This document shows, in pieces, positions 28,198 to 37,600 of a stretch of 64,000 nucleotides of DNA (position 1 is the stretch's first letter; each line of letters begins with the position of its first letter). Below the pieces are notes generated by a model. The model saw only the letters and a program-made list of their open reading frames with translations. It did no database searches and was not told where the DNA came from. The DNA is taken from the NCBI GenBank assembly GCA_017502865.1, contig JAFVUD010000005.1, forward strand, positions 144,007 through 208,006, in the 5' to 3' direction. Made by a program: the position numbers and the translations under genes. The stretch is from Alphaproteobacteria bacterium (GTDB taxonomy: Bacteria > Pseudomonadota > Alphaproteobacteria > Rs-D84).

Positions 28198-29640
28198 ATG
28201 CGCAAACTGATTGGCTTTATATCTTGTTTATCATTACTGCTGAACGGCACCATCGCTGCATCTGCCACACGTCAATCACAAAACACACAAACACGTGCAT
28301 CACGTGCACGCACTGCAACACAAACAAATTCACCACGCACAGCCAACACACAAACACGCCGCGTTGTTGCACGTTCTGCCACAAAACAAACAAATTCGCC
28401 ACGTACAACCAATACACAGTCACGCCGTGTTGTTGCACGTGCCGCAACACGCACCGGTTCCACACGCACGCACGTAACACCAACACGCAACGTCGTCGCC
28501 CGCAGTGCAGTCCGCACAACACCATCAACAACCACGGCCGCAACATATACAAATTCATACCTGGCCGACATCCTTGACGAAACAACCGGCTTAATCACAA
28601 CAGATGCATATAATTCATGTATGAAATCATATTACGCATGCATGGACGAAATCTGCACTGCCCGTGCCCCAAACCAGGGTCGCTGTGGCTGTGCCGACCG
28701 CACCAAATCGTTTGCCGATGCACAATCTGCAATCGCAACCGCTACCACCGAATTGATTAAGGTTTCTGGCGAACTAACCCTGTTGCTGACCGGCGACGGC
28801 AATGACATTTCTGCCGCATTTCAATTAACCGATGCCGAAAAAGTCCTTAACTGTGTTTCATGGCGTGATGCCAGCAAGAATGGCACCGCCACCGCCGTTG
28901 AATTCGGCGATTGGTGTGCCGAACACGGCATTCACAACGGCAAATGCAGTGTCAGAACCGCACCATCATATTGCTATCAAGAATTTAATAATTTTGGATT
29001 CGACATATCTGATTTAAACAGTGGAAAATCCGATATCATATCCGCACTCCAGGGCTGGGCCGCCACCAAAGAAGCCGCCGTCGCCATTGCAGATTCCAAA
29101 ACAAACAATATGGCGGGGGTTGCAAACGGATTGGCCAATATCACAAACAAACCTGCCGATGAAATCAAAGACTCGCTGGCCGAAACATGGGGCTATAATT
29201 TGCTGGAATACGCACACAACAACGTCTGTGCCCGCATACTGGACAATTGCTTTAATGGCATTTACGAAGACTGTGGCTTCCCACCATCATACATCCGCAC
29301 ATGCAACAACGAAAACGGCTGTCCATATAATTACAACAGTCGCATCGCCCTGCGCCCAGACACAAACGAACCAATAATTATTAAACCCGACCCAACGTCA
29401 AACCCATATCACAAATCCCAGTGTTTTGGCTACACCAATACTGCCGACCCATACATCAACGTTCGCACCGCCGTCGCCGATTCCCGTCGCAGCATTATTG
29501 AACGATATAAAATCGATGCAAACGCAGATTGCGACACATTTGGTGCCGCATTGCAACGCACCGCCCAAAATTTGGAATACCAAACCCAAATTGCCAAACA
29601 AAAACTACAAGAATTCCGTAACGACCACACCGACAAATAA
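28198..29640 (+). CDS. secreted Thr/Arg-rich (RRVVAR repeats) and Cys-rich protein, family member 1
   Basis: Signal peptide, three TNSPRT.NTQ.RRVVARSA repeats, then a Cys-rich region (YNSCMKSYYACMDEICTARAPNQGRCGCADR...). Paralogous to 31502-32443. Confidence 0.7.
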   Translation: MRKLIGFISCLSLLLNGTIAASATRQSQNTQTRASRARTATQTNSPRTANTQTRRVVARSATKQTNSPRTTNTQSRRVVARAATRTGSTRTHVTPTRNVVARSAVRTTPSTTTAATYTNSYLADILDETTGLITTDAYNSCMKSYYACMDEICTARAPNQGRCGCADRTKSFADAQSAIATATTELIKVSGELTLLLTGDGNDISAAFQLTDAEKVLNCVSWRDASKNGTATAVEFGDWCAEHGIHNGKCSVRTAPSYCYQEFNNFGFDISDLNSGKSDIISALQGWAATKEAAVAIADSKTNNMAGVANGLANITNKPADEIKDSLAETWGYNLLEYAHNNVCARILDNCFNGIYEDCGFPPSYIRTCNNENGCPYNYNSRIALRPDTNEPIIIKPDPTSNPYHKSQCFGYTNTADPYINVRTAVADSRRSIIERYKIDANADCDTFGAALQRTAQNLEYQTQIAKQKLQEFRNDHTDK

Positions 29641-29643
29641 ACA

Positions 29644-29670
29644 CCCCGCCGAATCGGCGGGGTATATTTT
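29644..29670 (+). terminator. terminator after 28198-29640
   Basis: CCCCGCCGA-A-TCGGCGGGG followed by TATATTTT. Confidence 0.7.
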
Positions 29671-30571
29671 ATTCGAACATCTCTAACGGAATATCATAAT
29701 CCCTGCAAAACTCGTAAAAGAATTCCAAAAACGCCTGCACCTTGGGTGTTTTTACTGTTAACGGATTCCCAATACCCGTCAAAATATATTCATAATCAAA
29801 ATCGATATTTGGAACCTCTATCAATTTCGTGTTTTTTGTGGTACACCATTCTGGCATCAACGCAATACCGGCACCATCACTAACCAACTGATATATAATT
29901 GATGCAGAATCCGCCGTAGTATTCAGTTTCTTGGCACGCTTTAATATAAAATTACACTCTGGCAATTCCAGAAACTTTTGACGCATACACATATCGAAAT
30001 TTTCCAGCATATCATCCATATCCCGGGGCACACCATATTTATCCAAATATTCCTGTACGGCATAAAACTTTGCCTTGGTCTTGAACTTAAACAATGGTTT
30101 GCCTGGGAATTTTTCCAGCGATCGTGCATCCATAATTGCAATATCTGGATTTGACATATGCATATGCCGATTCGTTAAAATATCCAATCGAATTTTTGGA
30201 TGCTTGGCATACAACTTAGACAATTCAATAAACAAACGGCTGCCGGCAAAACCCTCTTCTGTCCAGATTGAAATGTATCCTGTTAATTCTTCGGGGCCGG
30301 CCACATTCTGCAATATCGCATTCAGCGTATCCACAATACTTTCAATTTCCGCATATACTTGCCGTGTTGTATTTGTCGGCACACTGCCCGACGAACTGCG
30401 TATTAATAAACGTGCTTTAAACCTGGCTTCTAAATCCGCTATCAATTTCGACATATTAGAATGCTTGATTCCATTACGTTCCGCTGCCGCTTGAATCTGC
30501 CCTGCATCAATCACTTCTTTCAGTGCCAACAATTCACGCAGCAGCGTCACCTTCGTTTTGATAGTAGCCAT
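29669..30571 (-). CDS. LysR family transcriptional regulator
   Basis: N-terminal HTH (LRELLALKEVIDAGQIQAAAERNGIKHSNMSKLIADLE) plus a substrate-binding domain. Start taken at the ATG at 30571. Confidence 0.85.
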   Translation of the reverse strand: MATIKTKVTLLRELLALKEVIDAGQIQAAAERNGIKHSNMSKLIADLEARFKARLLIRSSSGSVPTNTTRQVYAEIESIVDTLNAILQNVAGPEELTGYISIWTEEGFAGSRLFIELSKLYAKHPKIRLDILTNRHMHMSNPDIAIMDARSLEKFPGKPLFKFKTKAKFYAVQEYLDKYGVPRDMDDMLENFDMCMRQKFLELPECNFILKRAKKLNTTADSASIIYQLVSDGAGIALMPEWCTTKNTKLIEVPNIDFDYEYILTGIGNPLTVKTPKVQAFLEFFYEFCRDYDIPLEMFE

Positions 30572-30668
30572 AAAAACCCCTTTGGTTATTAAGAAAACGA
30601 TACCCTGCATCTTACACTAGGAAAAGAAACCAACACAACCACAAAATTACCCCAGGAAAAAATCCGCA

Positions 30669-30683
30669 TTACCAATGGGGTAA
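30669..30683. promoter_or_regulatory. inverted repeat TTACC-N5-GGTAA (contains T-N11-A) in the lysR / HTH divergent region, candidate LysR box
   Basis: TTACCAATGGGGTAA read directly. The core TACCAATGGGGTA fits the generic LysR T-N11-A motif. Confidence 0.35.
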
Positions 30684-30835
30684 CCGAAAAAAATCCGCAA
30701 AAATATGCACATTTCCACAATTACAGCCCCCTTTTTATACATACCACGGCGTAAAAACAGAATAACAGTAAATATAAAAACCTATTTTATAATTTAGACA
30801 TGTCACAGAACAACTACAAACAAGGAGAAAAAACT

Positions 30836-31084
30836 ATGACACATCAAGACGTATGGCTGGCCATCGACACATTCGCCCGTGAACACAAAATGTCCTGTTC
30901 CGGATTGGCAAAACGCAGTGGTTTGGATCCAACCACATTTAACAAAAGCAAACGTTGGTCTAAATACGGCCAGCCACGGTGGCCATCAACCAACAGCATT
31001 GCAAAAATCCTGGACGCAACCGGTGCATCGTTAAATGACTTTATTAAATACTTCGCACCTGCTGCCCAGCAACCAGACCGCTGA
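30836..31084 (+). CDS. small HTH DNA-binding protein (phage-repressor-like N-terminal domain only)
   Basis: AAGGAG RBS lies 8 nt upstream of the ATG at 30836. MTHQDVWLAIDTFAREHKMSCSGLAKRSGLDPTTFNKSKR has an HTH pattern. A terminator follows. Confidence 0.6.
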   Translation: MTHQDVWLAIDTFAREHKMSCSGLAKRSGLDPTTFNKSKRWSKYGQPRWPSTNSIAKILDATGASLNDFIKYFAPAAQQPDR

Positions 31085-31107
31085 GACAAAAAAAACATCA
31101 AAAAAAA

Positions 31108-31136
31108 ATACCGCATCAACTGCGGTATTTTTGTTT
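31108..31136 (+). terminator. terminator after the HTH gene
   Basis: ATACCGCA-TCAAC-TGCGGTAT followed by TTTTGTTT. Confidence 0.8.
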
Positions 31137-31327
31137 ATCTCTGGTCGGGGCGACAATGAGTAGATTTCGCAAGCAACGCACAGCGAAATCGTTAGGAATG
31201 CCACGCAGCCGACACAACGTGTCGTGCGAGTGAAACGTTCGAACCCGACAAAAGAATTTTGTCGTTCAAATCCGCACGTTCCAAACAGAAAATTAAAACC
31301 GCCGCAAATGCGACGGTTTGAATTTTC

Positions 31328-31405
31328 TGGTCGGGGCGAAAGGATTCGAACCTTCGACACCTTGGTCCCAAACCAAGTACTCTACCAGACTGAGCTACGC
31401 CCCGA
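31328..31405 (-). tRNA. tRNA-Pro (anticodon UGG)
   Basis: The reverse complement is TCGGGGCGTAGCTCAGTCTGGTAGAGTACTTGGTTTGGGACCAAGGTGTCGAAGGTTCGAATCCTTTCGCCCCGACCA. Anticodon stem CTTGG/CCAAG, loop TTTGGGA, and encoded CCA. Confidence 0.9.
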
Positions 31406-31501
31406 AACGAACCACATTATAACAACATTTTTTTGAAATGCAACAATTTCTGTGAATTTTTATGCTTGTTTGATTTTATTAAAAAAACTATCATATAACA
31501 T

Positions 31502-32443
31502 ATGGGAAAAAAACTATCATATTTCGGGATTTTATTTTTATCCGCAACTGCGGCGGGGACTGCATTTGCCGCAACCCGCGCATCCCAATATATCAAGCCT
31601 GATACATACAATTACATGTATCCATACATGAATAATCAAATGCGGGTTGATTTGAATCCTGGCATAACACCATCCCAATCTACAAATCCAATGGACATTG
31701 TTGTTCGCACAGAACAATTGTCAACCGAACGCCGTGTTGTTCCACGTGCACGCAAATCAACTACCGCCCGTGCCGCAACAAACACATCTGCAAAAACATC
31801 TAATAATTCGAATCGGCGTGTTGTGGCCCGTCGTGGAAAAAACACAAACGCAAACACAATTGCAACCGTTAACAGATATCGCAACGATGCATCATACACA
31901 AACCGGACCAGTGCAAACGCCACGGGTGCCACCCAGTTGGCGACACAAACATGGACATCGTCACGGTGCCTGGCGGATTACAGTGCATGCATGGACAATT
32001 ATTGCGAACGTGAAAATACTGCATACAACCGCTGTTATTGCAGTGCAAAACTGTCACAAATTGATTCCACGTATCAGCCTGCTATTGATAAATTAATCAA
32101 ACAAATCATTTCGCTGAAAAACACCAACACATGGACCGATGCCGAAATGAATGAATACTGGATGGAAAAGATTGGCAATTACGTTGGCGACAACAGTTGG
32201 GTTAATCTGGAAAATGCGTTAAACATTGACTGGGCCGGCACAGAAAGCCGTGTTCGCGGTCAATATGCATTTACAACTGGCCACGATTATTGCATGCAAC
32301 ACCTTCAGGGTTGCTTTTACATGGCATCGAATCTGCGCGATGCATACCGTTCTGAAATCGCACGTGATTGCGGTTCATACGAACAATCATTACAAAGAAT
32401 TAAAAACGCCGCAGAAAGCATAGTAGAGAGTTATAATGACTAA
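31502..32443 (+). CDS. secreted Thr/Arg-rich (RRVV[AP]R) and Cys-rich protein, family member 2
   Basis: Signal peptide, ERRVVPRARKS...NRRVVARRGKN, then SSRCLADYSACMDNYCERENTAYNRCYCSAKL. The stop overlaps the next gene by 8 nt. Confidence 0.7.
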   Translation: MGKKLSYFGILFLSATAAGTAFAATRASQYIKPDTYNYMYPYMNNQMRVDLNPGITPSQSTNPMDIVVRTEQLSTERRVVPRARKSTTARAATNTSAKTSNNSNRRVVARRGKNTNANTIATVNRYRNDASYTNRTSANATGATQLATQTWTSSRCLADYSACMDNYCERENTAYNRCYCSAKLSQIDSTYQPAIDKLIKQIISLKNTNTWTDAEMNEYWMEKIGNYVGDNSWVNLENALNIDWAGTESRVRGQYAFTTGHDYCMQHLQGCFYMASNLRDAYRSEIARDCGSYEQSLQRIKNAAESIVESYND

Positions 32444-33275
32444 GAAAATGATGGGTATTAAATATGGCCGTGGGGCAACTGCGACCATTACAAATGACGG
32501 CCCGGCCCACGGCCCTGATGCGATTCGCAAAATGTTCCCAAATGCAGACTGGACAATGGTCACCCCCGATGAATTTAATCTGGCAGAATGCATGGCCGAC
32601 CGTTTTGGCGAAAACGCAAAAATCCAGAAAAGAATTTACGAAAACACACCAAACGAATCGCACATAATGATTGGTGGTGACCATTCTGTAAACTTTGGCC
32701 ACTTTGCTGCAATTGCAGACAACCTGGACGACACAGATATTTGTTTGATATATATCGATGCCCACCTGGACATCCACAGCCCCGAAAGCTCCAAACTCCA
32801 GGCATCTGGGGCACCACACGGCACAAATGTACGTGCACTGCTGGGCGACGGGGATATGCGCTGGCTGTCATTACAAAAACACACACCGGCCCTGAAACCA
32901 GAAAACCTGTTTTATTTGGGCACCCGTGCCTTTGAACCGGCTGAAATCGAATTTGCCCAATCTAAAAACATTTATATTCGCACACCATTACAGTTAAAAA
33001 ACGAATCGGATTGGGCTGAAACCGTGGCTGAAATCCGGAAACGTATCGGCAACCGTAAATTCGTTGTTTCATTTGACTTTGATGCAATCGACCCAACAAT
33101 ATTCAGCGACGTTTTGGTCCCAGAATCAAACGGCATTTCATTGGATGCTGCACGCCATTTGATAAACGCATTCCGTGATGCATTCAGTTTTGAATTTGTG
33201 GAATATTCACCAACCGGCGACCCAGCCAGCGCATCTATTGCCAACGAATTAGTGAATATTGTGTATGCTGGATAA
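32436..33275 (+). CDS. arginase/agmatinase/formiminoglutamase family (ureohydrolase) protein
   Basis: Metal-binding motifs GGDHSV, IDAHLDIHS and SFDFDAIDP. Confidence 0.8.
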   Translation: MTKKMMGIKYGRGATATITNDGPAHGPDAIRKMFPNADWTMVTPDEFNLAECMADRFGENAKIQKRIYENTPNESHIMIGGDHSVNFGHFAAIADNLDDTDICLIYIDAHLDIHSPESSKLQASGAPHGTNVRALLGDGDMRWLSLQKHTPALKPENLFYLGTRAFEPAEIEFAQSKNIYIRTPLQLKNESDWAETVAEIRKRIGNRKFVVSFDFDAIDPTIFSDVLVPESNGISLDAARHLINAFRDAFSFEFVEYSPTGDPASASIANELVNIVYAG

Positions 33276-33276
33276 A

Positions 33277-34230
33277 TTATCGCTGGTTCAAACTGTTAAC
33301 AAAATTTAACAGGCGTTCATTATCATCGTACCACGCAACCAGTCCAACCAACTCAATCGCCCGTTCTGCTTCGGCTTTATCACGGGCGTTTTTTGCATTT
33401 GCACGTGCCCGTTGAACCGCTGCTGCATCCATACATGCAACCTGGCGAAACAATTTACGTGCCCGATACGACATACTGCCATAATCTGTACGATATGTTT
33501 CGCCCCAATCTATTCTGCGACCAGCACGCAGATTTCTGCTTTTATTTTCATCATCACGTGCGACAAAGACAATATACTTGTTTTCACGCTGTCTGATTTC
33601 ATCATCTTTATCCCCACCCCACGCAGACAACATATATTGTTCATACATTAACGATGCCATATAGACCATATTATTATCACGTGGTTCTGCCCTGCCCGCA
33701 GCCAACGCCGTGGCAACTTCGAACCATGGCCCATGACTAAAATGCAGCCATTGGTCGGCATCATGATGAAATAACTTTAACGCATAGTGTGCATTAATAT
33801 CTGGAAACGATAACTTAGACACAAATCCAGATATACCAACCCACGGATTACATTCGGTTATACCACGTGTATGCAATTGACACTGTGTACCGAACAAATC
33901 ACCAATTTCTGGAATATTATAAACAACATCTGCCTTGGCGACACGCATCTGTGGTGCATTTTGAATCAAGAAATTTTCTAGCCCATCACGAAACAGTACC
34001 GTTATTTCCGCAATCTTGCCCCCGGGCAATTGTGCCCGCAGTTCCGGTGGCAACGCCCCCAGATATGGCGACACATCACAGTTATAAACGATACGTCGCA
34101 GCACATTTGGATTACGTTCCCATTTATGACGTAACACCTTGGTCAAAGCAGGATGCTTGACCCGTGGTGCGTTTATATCATAAATCAAAATATTGTCTAA
34201 ATTCGTTATCACACCAGACTTATAGTACAA
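33277..34230 (-). CDS. hypothetical protein (317 aa, cytoplasmic)
   Basis: Long ORF with normal amino-acid composition. No motif I can name. Confidence 0.55.
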   Translation of the reverse strand: MYYKSGVITNLDNILIYDINAPRVKHPALTKVLRHKWERNPNVLRRIVYNCDVSPYLGALPPELRAQLPGGKIAEITVLFRDGLENFLIQNAPQMRVAKADVVYNIPEIGDLFGTQCQLHTRGITECNPWVGISGFVSKLSFPDINAHYALKLFHHDADQWLHFSHGPWFEVATALAAGRAEPRDNNMVYMASLMYEQYMLSAWGGDKDDEIRQRENKYIVFVARDDENKSRNLRAGRRIDWGETYRTDYGSMSYRARKLFRQVACMDAAAVQRARANAKNARDKAEAERAIELVGLVAWYDDNERLLNFVNSLNQR

Positions 34231-34250
34231 AACACACCAAAGTCAACCTG

Positions 34251-34448
34251 TTATTTATCATATTGCTGACAAATCATATTATGCCGGTATATATTACGGG
34301 CTAAATCATCGCTTATTATGCCCCAGTCACTTTTTCGTCCATAAATCGGCACACATGGCCACCCCGCCCTACCATCATTCTGCAATGGTGTATTTTTCGC
34401 ACAGGACACGCCTAATATCATCAGTGCTACTGCGAACCACTTTTTCAT
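34251..34448 (-). CDS. small lipoprotein
   Basis: MKKWFAVALMILGVSC has a lipobox-like LGVSC. 65 aa. Confidence 0.45.
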   Translation of the reverse strand: MKKWFAVALMILGVSCAKNTPLQNDGRAGWPCVPIYGRKSDWGIISDDLARNIYRHNMICQQYDK

Positions 34449-34602
34449 TTATTCCCTCTAATTTTTGATTTATTTGCATTTGGCGTCCATTTTGTTGTTG
34501 ATACATGTCCGCCTGGCAATCTGCTGTGGCAATTTTACGTCCCGATATATATGCCCCCATCATTAATACAGCCAAAACCACCACCAAATAAAATTTTACC
34601 AT
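34375..34602 (-). CDS. possible small membrane-anchored protein
   Basis: 75-aa ORF with an N-terminal TM helix (FYLVVVLAVLMMGAYI). Its 3' end overlaps 34251-34448 by 74 nt, so one of the two calls may be wrong. Confidence 0.3.
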   Translation of the reverse strand: MVKFYLVVVLAVLMMGAYISGRKIATADCQADMYQQQNGRQMQINQKLEGINEKVVRSSTDDIRRVLCEKYTIAE

Positions 34603-34618
34603 TACAAATCCTTTACCA

Positions 34619-34646
34619 TTAAAAAACGCCCCGTTTGGGGCGTTTT
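34619..34646 (-). terminator. terminator after the giant repeat gene
   Basis: AACGCCCC-AAAC-GGGGCGTT followed by TTTTTT on the minus strand. Confidence 0.8.
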
Positions 34647-34649
34647 GTT

Positions 34650-37600
34650 TTACTTCCAGTAACTTGGGATACTTGAATAATCCGTCAAGCCTGTCGAATT
34701 ATAATACGTGTACTGCCAACCCGGATTTGACCAGATTTGGTATAAATATTTACCATTAATCTTGGCCGACGGTCCACGCAACGCTGGGCAATATGCAAAT
34801 GTATAGTAGAACATATAACTTGCATAACTACCACTTATGTTACCAAACAGGTTTGCTGGAATCGCTGCCAATTTGTCACAACTATAGAATGTTCGATAAA
34901 ACATTGAGTATGCTGGCGTTCCACTCAAACCACCAAACAGATTTTCCGGTATAGTGGTCAGATTGTCACAGTCATTAAATGTGTTATTGAACATGTACTG
35001 CGCCGGTGTGCCCTTGATACCCGCAAACAAACCTGCTGGAATCGTTGTCAAACCATCACAATTACTGAACGTTCCTTCAAACATATATGTTGCTGGTGCC
35101 CCTGAAATGCCGGCAAACAAACCTGCTGGGATTGTTGTCAGACCCGAAGAAGCAAAGGTATACATGAACATATTTGACGCTGGTTTTCCTGTAATACCCG
35201 CAAACAAACCTGCTGGAACTGTCTTCAAGCTAGAACAGCCACTAAAGGTATAATCAAACATATTTGATGCTGGTACCCCTGAAATACCTGCGAACAGATC
35301 TTCTGGAACAGCTGTCAGCTTTTTACAACCATTAAATGTATTTGCAAACATATATTGTGCTGGTTTCCCTGAAAGACCCGCAAACAAGTCTTCTGGGATT
35401 GTTGTCAAATTATCACAACCTTCAAAAGTCCCTTCAAACATGTACTTTGCTGGTGCCCCCTTGATACTTGCAAACAAACCTGCTGGCACTGTAACCAAGT
35501 TGTCACAGTTATTAAATGTATCCTGGAACATGTTTGTTTCTGGTGCTCCCTTGATACCTGCGAACAAGCCTTCTGGGATTGACTTAATCGCTGTTCCAGC
35601 GAACGCATTCTTAAACATTGACTTTGTTGGTTCACCTGTAATACCTGCGAACAAACCTTCTGGGATTGCCGCCAGCTTAGAACAGTTATTAAATACATTC
35701 TGCAACATATAGTCTGCCGCATCACCCTTGACACCTGCAAACAATTCTTCTGGAATTGCTGTCAAGCTGGAACAGCCGCTAAATGTAGAGTCAAACATAT
35801 ACTTTGCCGGCGCCCCACTGATACCTGCGAACAAGTCCGATGGAATTGCCTTCAGGCTGGTACAATCCTGGAATGTCTGCTTAAACATATTCTGGACTGG
35901 TGCCCCCTGGACATTCGCAAACAGACCCTCTGGCAATGTTGTCAATCCATTACAGTTGCTAAATGTTGCTTCAAACATACTTGATGCTGGTGCACCCGAA
36001 ATGCCTGCGAACAAGCCCGCTGGCACAACTGTCAGCCTGTCACAATCATAAAATGTCTGCTTGAACATATTTGCCGCTGGTGCCCCCTTGATACTTGCAA
36101 ACAAACCTTCTGGCAATGTTGCCAAGTTATAGCATCCATAGAACGTCTGATAGAACAATGATTCCGCTGGTGCCCCTGAAATGCTTGCAAACAAACCTTC
36201 TGGAACAGACCGCAATGCGGAACAACCATAGAATGTTCCATTGAACAGGTGTTCAACCGGTGCCCCAGAAATGTTTGCGAACAAACCTTCTGGAACTTCT
36301 GTCAAATTATAGTTCCCTTCAAATGTCTGATAGAACATATATGGACGTGGTGCCCCCTTAACCCCTGCAAACAAATCTGCCGGAACTGTCTTCAAAGACG
36401 CATCCGCAAATGTCTGATAGAAACTTGGCTGGCTACCATCGGCCAATGTTGGGAACACATCCCCCAACTGGCCTGTCACAGACGCAACACGTGTAAATTT
36501 CACTGTTGCGGTCTTGTCATTGGTGCTATATGCTGTCGCCAAACCTGCAACCTTAACATTATACGCAGCAGACTTTGCATACATGTGATTATACGATTTC
36601 AAACTTGTATCTGTACGTTCAATCACACTGGATGAACCATCACCCCAATCAACATAGAACGTACCCTTTGCCGACAACGAAATCGTCACATCTGATGTAT
36701 TGGTTGTTGTGTATTCAAACGCCCAATCATCAACACATGCCTGTGCACCCCAAATTGCTGGCATCATGACACCCGTTTCACAGTTATTATCTGTCAAACC
36801 GGTACAACCTGTGTACATATCACCAACCTGGGCTGATGTTGCGTTTGGCCAAATTTCATACAAGAATTTACCACCCGATTTAACAGATGTACCTGTCAAA
36901 CCTGAACATCCCTGGAACGTTTGTACAAACATATTGCTTGTGGCCGACCCTGACAATGTACCTGCAAAAACATTCGATATGTCGCCTTTCATGTTCTGAC
37001 AGCCAAAGAATGTCTGATAGAACATATAACTTGCTGGTGCACCGTTTAATGTACCAAACATACCAGACAGTTCTGCTTCTTCCAACCCAGAACAATTATA
37101 GAATGTTTGCTGGAACATATAACTTGCTGGGGCACCTGAAATACCGGCGAACAATGGCCCACCAATACCCGTCAAACCAGAACAGTTATAGAATGTTTGA
37201 TAGAACATATAACTTGCTGGCGCCCCTTTGATACCTGCGAACAGACCCGCTGGGATTTCACCTGTCAAACCATAACAATTATAGAATGTCCGATAGAACA
37301 TATATTGACGTGGTGTGCCACTTATCCCGCTGAACAATGTTGCTGGGATTTCACCTGTCAAACTAGAACAGTTATAGAATGTCTGATAGAAGCTTGGCTG
37401 GCTGCCATTAGACAACGTTGGGAAGATTTCACCCAAACTACCCTTTACCCCCGCTGTAGCGGTACTGAATGAAATTGCTGCTGTTGAATACGATGTATTA
37501 TACGCTGTTGCCAACCCCGCCAATTTAACAGTATACACACCCGACTTGTTATACGAATGACTATAATAAGTGCTATATGTATCTGTCTTATTTATAACCT

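Noticed and set aside
31153-31325. Degenerate second tRNA (GTTCGAACC resembles a T-loop)
   Set aside because: No acceptor, D or anticodon arms can be drawn around the T-loop-like string on either strand. Only the 14-nt tRNA-Pro terminus is shared.
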